Below, piece by piece: positions 61,120 through 64,000 of a DNA stretch of 64,000 nt. Under the pieces are notes generated by a model. The model was given only the letters and a program-made list of their open reading frames with translations, was not told the DNA's origin and did not search any database. The DNA comes from an uncultured Ruminococcus sp. (GTDB lineage Bacteria; Bacillota; Clostridia; Oscillospirales; CAG-382): positions 19,631 through 83,630 of the forward strand of contig CAZASH010000004.1 of assembly GCA_964487775.1 (NCBI GenBank), in the 5' to 3' direction. The position numbers and the translations under genes were made by a program. Within the stretch, counting starts at the first letter, position 1; each line of letters begins with the position of its first letter.

Positions 61120-62475
61120 ATGTTATCAGAAAGTTTAAAGGCGGTGTTGCTTTTAGTGGTGCTCATATTCCTGAACGCCACGTTTGCCGCCGCCGAAATC
61201 GCCGTTATATCAGTTAGCGGCGCAAAATTGCAGGCGCTTGCCGATGATGGCAGCAAAAAGGCCAAAAAGCTCGTCAAGCTCACGGCGCAGCCTGCTAAAT
61301 TCCTTGCGACTATCCAGGTCGCTATCACAATGGCAGGCTTATTGCAGAGCGCATTTGCCGCCGACACCTTTGCAGGACCTGTCGTTGAAATGCTCGTTCA
61401 GGCGGGCGTAACGATAGATCCCGAATTGCTAAAAACAATCACCATCGTAATCATCACACTTGTTCTTGCGTATTTCAACCTTGTATTCGGTGAGCTTGTT
61501 CCCAAGCGTGTCGCTATGAAGCGTGCCGAAAAAATGGCACTCGGCATGTCGGGTATGCTGTATGGCGTTTCTGTCATATTTGCACCGCTTGTATGGCTGC
61601 TTACCAGCTCGACCAACTGCGTTTTGCGCATCATGGGCATCAACCCCAACGAGCCCGACGACGCTGTCACTGAGGATGAGATCAAGCTCATGCTCTCTGA
61701 GGGTCAAAAGCAGGGCGTTATTCAAGAAGAGCAGAACGAAATGATACTCAACATATTTGAGTTCAACGATATAACACTTGACGAGGTCTGCAACCATCGC
61801 CGCAATATAATCGCACTCGACCTCGAGGATGACGACGAAACGTGGGAGCGCACGATAATGGATAATCCTCATTCGTTCTATCCCATTTACGACGGCAGAG
61901 AGGACAACATCACGCTCATTCTCGACTCGCGCTATTATTTCAGACTTGACGACAAATCGCGTGCCAACGTGCTCGCTCACGCAGTCAAAGAGCCCTTCTT
62001 TGTTCCTGAAACGATGAAGGCAAACGCACTCTTTAGAGTTATGAAAGAGAACCACGAGTATTTTGCGGTCGTTATCGACGAATACGGCGGATTCCTCGGC
62101 ATAGTTTCTTTGCGTGACCTTATCGAAACGCTCGTCGGCGATCTTAAAGAAAAAGAAGATGCTGTCGAGGACGACCCCGAACTGCTCGAGCAGCTTGAGG
62201 ACGGCACCTGGACCATAGGCGGCGGCGCTGCCATAACAGATGTTTCCGAGGCACTTCATATCGAACTGCCCGACGAGGACTGCACCACCTTCGGCGGCTA
62301 TATCTGCAGCATAATCAATCGCTTGCCCGACGATGGCGAAACGTTCGAATGCGAGACCGACGACCTCGAGATAGAGGTCAAGGAGGTCAGAGACCGCACG
62401 ATATTGTTGACTAACGTCAAGGTCAAAGAGCGTCCCGACGATGACGGCGATGACAAGGACGAGGACGACGACTGA
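61120..62475 (+). CDS. CNNM/DUF21-CBS-CorC_HlyC family transporter (hemolysin-family, putative Mg2+/Co2+ efflux)
   Basis: 451 aa with an N-terminal 4-TM DUF21 domain (AAAEIAVISVS), a CBS pair, and a CorC/HlyC C-terminal domain (GGYICSIINRLPDDGETF). The tail is poly-acidic (DDDGDDKDEDDD). Confidence 0.85.
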   Translation: MLSESLKAVLLLVVLIFLNATFAAAEIAVISVSGAKLQALADDGSKKAKKLVKLTAQPAKFLATIQVAITMAGLLQSAFAADTFAGPVVEMLVQAGVTIDPELLKTITIVIITLVLAYFNLVFGELVPKRVAMKRAEKMALGMSGMLYGVSVIFAPLVWLLTSSTNCVLRIMGINPNEPDDAVTEDEIKLMLSEGQKQGVIQEEQNEMILNIFEFNDITLDEVCNHRRNIIALDLEDDDETWERTIMDNPHSFYPIYDGREDNITLILDSRYYFRLDDKSRANVLAHAVKEPFFVPETMKANALFRVMKENHEYFAVVIDEYGGFLGIVSLRDLIETLVGDLKEKEDAVEDDPELLEQLEDGTWTIGGGAAITDVSEALHIELPDEDCTTFGGYICSIINRLPDDGETFECETDDLEIEVKEVRDRTILLTNVKVKERPDDDGDDKDEDDD

Positions 62476-62519
62476 AATTGATCGCTGAAATCAATTGCTG
62501 AAAATAGGTCTCAAAGCAC

Positions 62520-62548
62520 TTGACAGAACAGTCAAAAGGCGTTATAAT
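62520..62548 (+). promoter_or_regulatory. sigma-A promoter (perfect consensus) of the ATPase leader
   Basis: TTGACA (62520-25), a 17-nt spacer, then TATAAT (62543-48). Confidence 0.7.
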
Positions 62549-62564
62549 TACATAACAACAAAAT

Positions 62565-62706
62565 AGCAAGCTAAGGGAGTAGCCCTGCCGCTTTTTGCGG
62601 CATCGCAGAGGTCGTCATCACGGCGTGCATTCGGCACACTCGGCATCTGCGGCTTGATATCAACTGTTTTTACGGTTAATGTATAAGCACGGCAAGACTT
62701 TTGCAC
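62565..62706 (+). promoter_or_regulatory. yybP-ykoY-like (Mn2+) riboswitch aptamer
   Basis: It contains AAGGGAGTAGCC (62573-84), CTTGATAT (62653-60) and GCAAGAC (62692-98). These are spaced by hairpins (TGCCGC/GCGGCA; CGCAGA/TCTGCG) as in the family consensus GGGGAGUAGC...UUGACAUA...GCAAGACC. The 3' segment overlaps the terminator 5' arm. Confidence 0.55.
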
Positions 62707-62742
62707 ATAATATGTGTGCATGGGTCTTGCCGTTTTATTTTT
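62689..62742 (+). terminator. riboswitch expression-platform terminator
   Basis: ACGGCAAGAC...GTCTTGCCGT stem with an inner TGCACAT/ATGTGCA helix, followed by TTTTATTTTT. Confidence 0.75.
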
Positions 62743-62761
62743 AAAGAAAGAGGTTGAATTA

Positions 62762-64000
62762 ATGACAGAATTCTATTCTATGTCCGAGCAGCAGGTGCTC
62801 GAACAGCTAAAGACAGACCGCAATGGACTGCATAGCAACGAAGCGGCTGAAAGGCTCGCAAAAAACGGAGCAAACAAGCTCGCCGAGCCGCCTAAGCGCA
62901 CTATATGGCAGATGCTTTTTGACAGCATCAAAGCGCCTATGACGCTCGTTCTGCTTGCGGCAGCGGTCATATCGCTGGTGGTTTCGTTGCTTTCGGGCGG
63001 CGGCTTTGATTTTGATGTTATAGTCATTCTGGCGGTCGTGGTCTTAAACTCGGTGATCGAGGTAGTGCAGGAGACTAACGCCGACAAGGCGCTCGAGGCA
63101 CTCAAGGAAATGACAAGATCCAAATGCCGCGTCGTCAGAGACGGCAAGGATATTATAATAGATAACCAGGATTTGGTCGTCGGTGACATCATCAGGCTTG
63201 AAGCAGGCGACGCTATTCCCGCCGATGCGAGAATAATCGAGTGTGCGGCGTTCAAGACAGAGGAGTCTGCTCTGACAGGTGAATCATTGCCTGTGCAAAA
63301 GACTCATGCTGCGATCGAGACAAGCGGCGCAGCGGTTCCTTTGGGAGACCGCAAAAACATGGTCTATATGGGCTCAACCTGCGTTTACGGCAGGGCGCTC
63401 GCCGTCGTTGCAGCGACAGGTATGCAGACCGAGATGGGCAAGATCGCCAAGGTGCTTTCGCAGGCAGAGCAGGAGGAGACCCCCTTGCAGCTCAAGCTCG
63501 CACAGCTTTCTCGTATACTCACTATCGCGGTGCTTGCGATCTGCGTGTTTATATTCGGCTTTAACTGTATTTCCGGCATGATCGGAGGCGGCGAAATATT
63601 GAAGATAGCGGCAGATTCTCTGCTCATAGCGGTTTCGCTCGCTGTTGCGGCTATCCCCGAGGGACTTTCGGCAGTCGTAACGATATTGCTTTCGATAGGC
63701 GTTTCACGCATGGCAAAGCAGAATGCAGTCGTCAGAAGGCTCTCTGCCGTCGAAACTCTCGGCTGCACGCAGATAATCTGCTCTGACAAGACAGGCACGC
63801 TTACGCAAAACAAAATGACTGTCGTCGACAGCTCTGCCGCATCGGTCAAACTGCTTTCTGCGGCTATGGCGCTTTGCAGCGATGCCACTGTTGACGAAAA
63901 GGGCGAGGTGACAGGCGAGCCTACCGAGGCGGCGCTCGTTACATTCGCTTATAAAAACGACGTTAAAAAGTATGAGATAGAGCGCGATATGCCGCGCGTT
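62762..64000 (+). CDS. cation-transporting P-type ATPase (partial, runs off the right edge)
   Basis: Manual translation from ATG 62762 (SD AAAGAGG) gives MTEFYSMSEQQVLEQLKTD..., then TGESLPV, AAIPEGLSAV and CSDKTGTLTQNKM. It is absent from the track because it has no stop in the window. Confidence 0.9.
   Translation, partial: MTEFYSMSEQQVLEQLKTDRNGLHSNEAAERLAKNGANKLAEPPKRTIWQMLFDSIKAPMTLVLLAAAVISLVVSLLSGGGFDFDVIVILAVVVLNSVIEVVQETNADKALEALKEMTRSKCRVVRDGKDIIIDNQDLVVGDIIRLEAGDAIPADARIIECAAFKTEESALTGESLPVQKTHAAIETSGAAVPLGDRKNMVYMGSTCVYGRALAVVAATGMQTEMGKIAKVLSQAEQEETPLQLKLAQLSRILTIAVLAICVFIFGFNCISGMIGGGEILKIAADSLLIAVSLAVAAIPEGLSAVVTILLSIGVSRMAKQNAVVRRLSAVETLGCTQIICSDKTGTLTQNKMTVVDSSAASVKLLSAAMALCSDATVDEKGEVTGEPTEAALVTFAYKNDVKKYEIERDMPRV

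Overview
The window looks like chromosomal DNA from a spore-forming Clostridia-type Firmicute. The evidence is the yqfC/yqfD/ylbJ-like sporulation genes, GGAGG Shine-Dalgarno sites and sigma-A TTGACA/TATAAT promoters. GC is moderately high by eye. Most of the window is conserved housekeeping: coaD-rsmD-uvrC; ylxM-ffh-rpsP-KH-rimM-trmD; rpmG-secE-nusG-rplK-rplA-rplJ-rplL; serS; parA-parB; rsmI-polA; fba; pepV; and two tRNAs (Val-UAC, Leu-GAG). No CRISPR array, rRNA, integrase, transposase or recognisable defence system was seen. The parts worth a second look are listed here. (1) A dispersed cohesin-dockerin surface-assembly set with no glycoside hydrolase in sight. It comprises a giant surface metallophosphoesterase translationally coupled to a membrane-anchored cohesin protein, a two-cohesin plus dockerin adaptor, a dockerin-bearing putative peptidoglycan hydrolase (propeller/Cys-peptidase/SH3b), and a cohesin protein with a VPPTG sortase-like signal. 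(2) A 700-bp non-coding tract next to tRNA-Leu. It holds a tandemly duplicated hairpin-rich unit, a 52-nt tRNA-Leu-derived pseudo-tRNA, duplicated terminators and a 179-bp MITE-like insertion with 21-bp terminal inverted repeats. (3) Two regulated leaders in a metal-transport neighbourhood: a 17-codon leader ORF plus terminator upstream of a CNNM/CorC transporter, and a yybP-ykoY-like (Mn2+) riboswitch plus terminator upstream of a P-type ATPase. (4) Unusual variants of core proteins: SecE with a long acidic, repeat-containing extracytoplasmic N-terminal extension, and an HPr-like protein with Cys in place of His15. (5) A small AT-rich islet encoding SHOCT-domain membrane proteins and an XRE regulator. 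Many long ORFs in the supplied track are antisense shadows of real genes and were rejected. All domain calls come from motif recognition by eye, and no database search was run.
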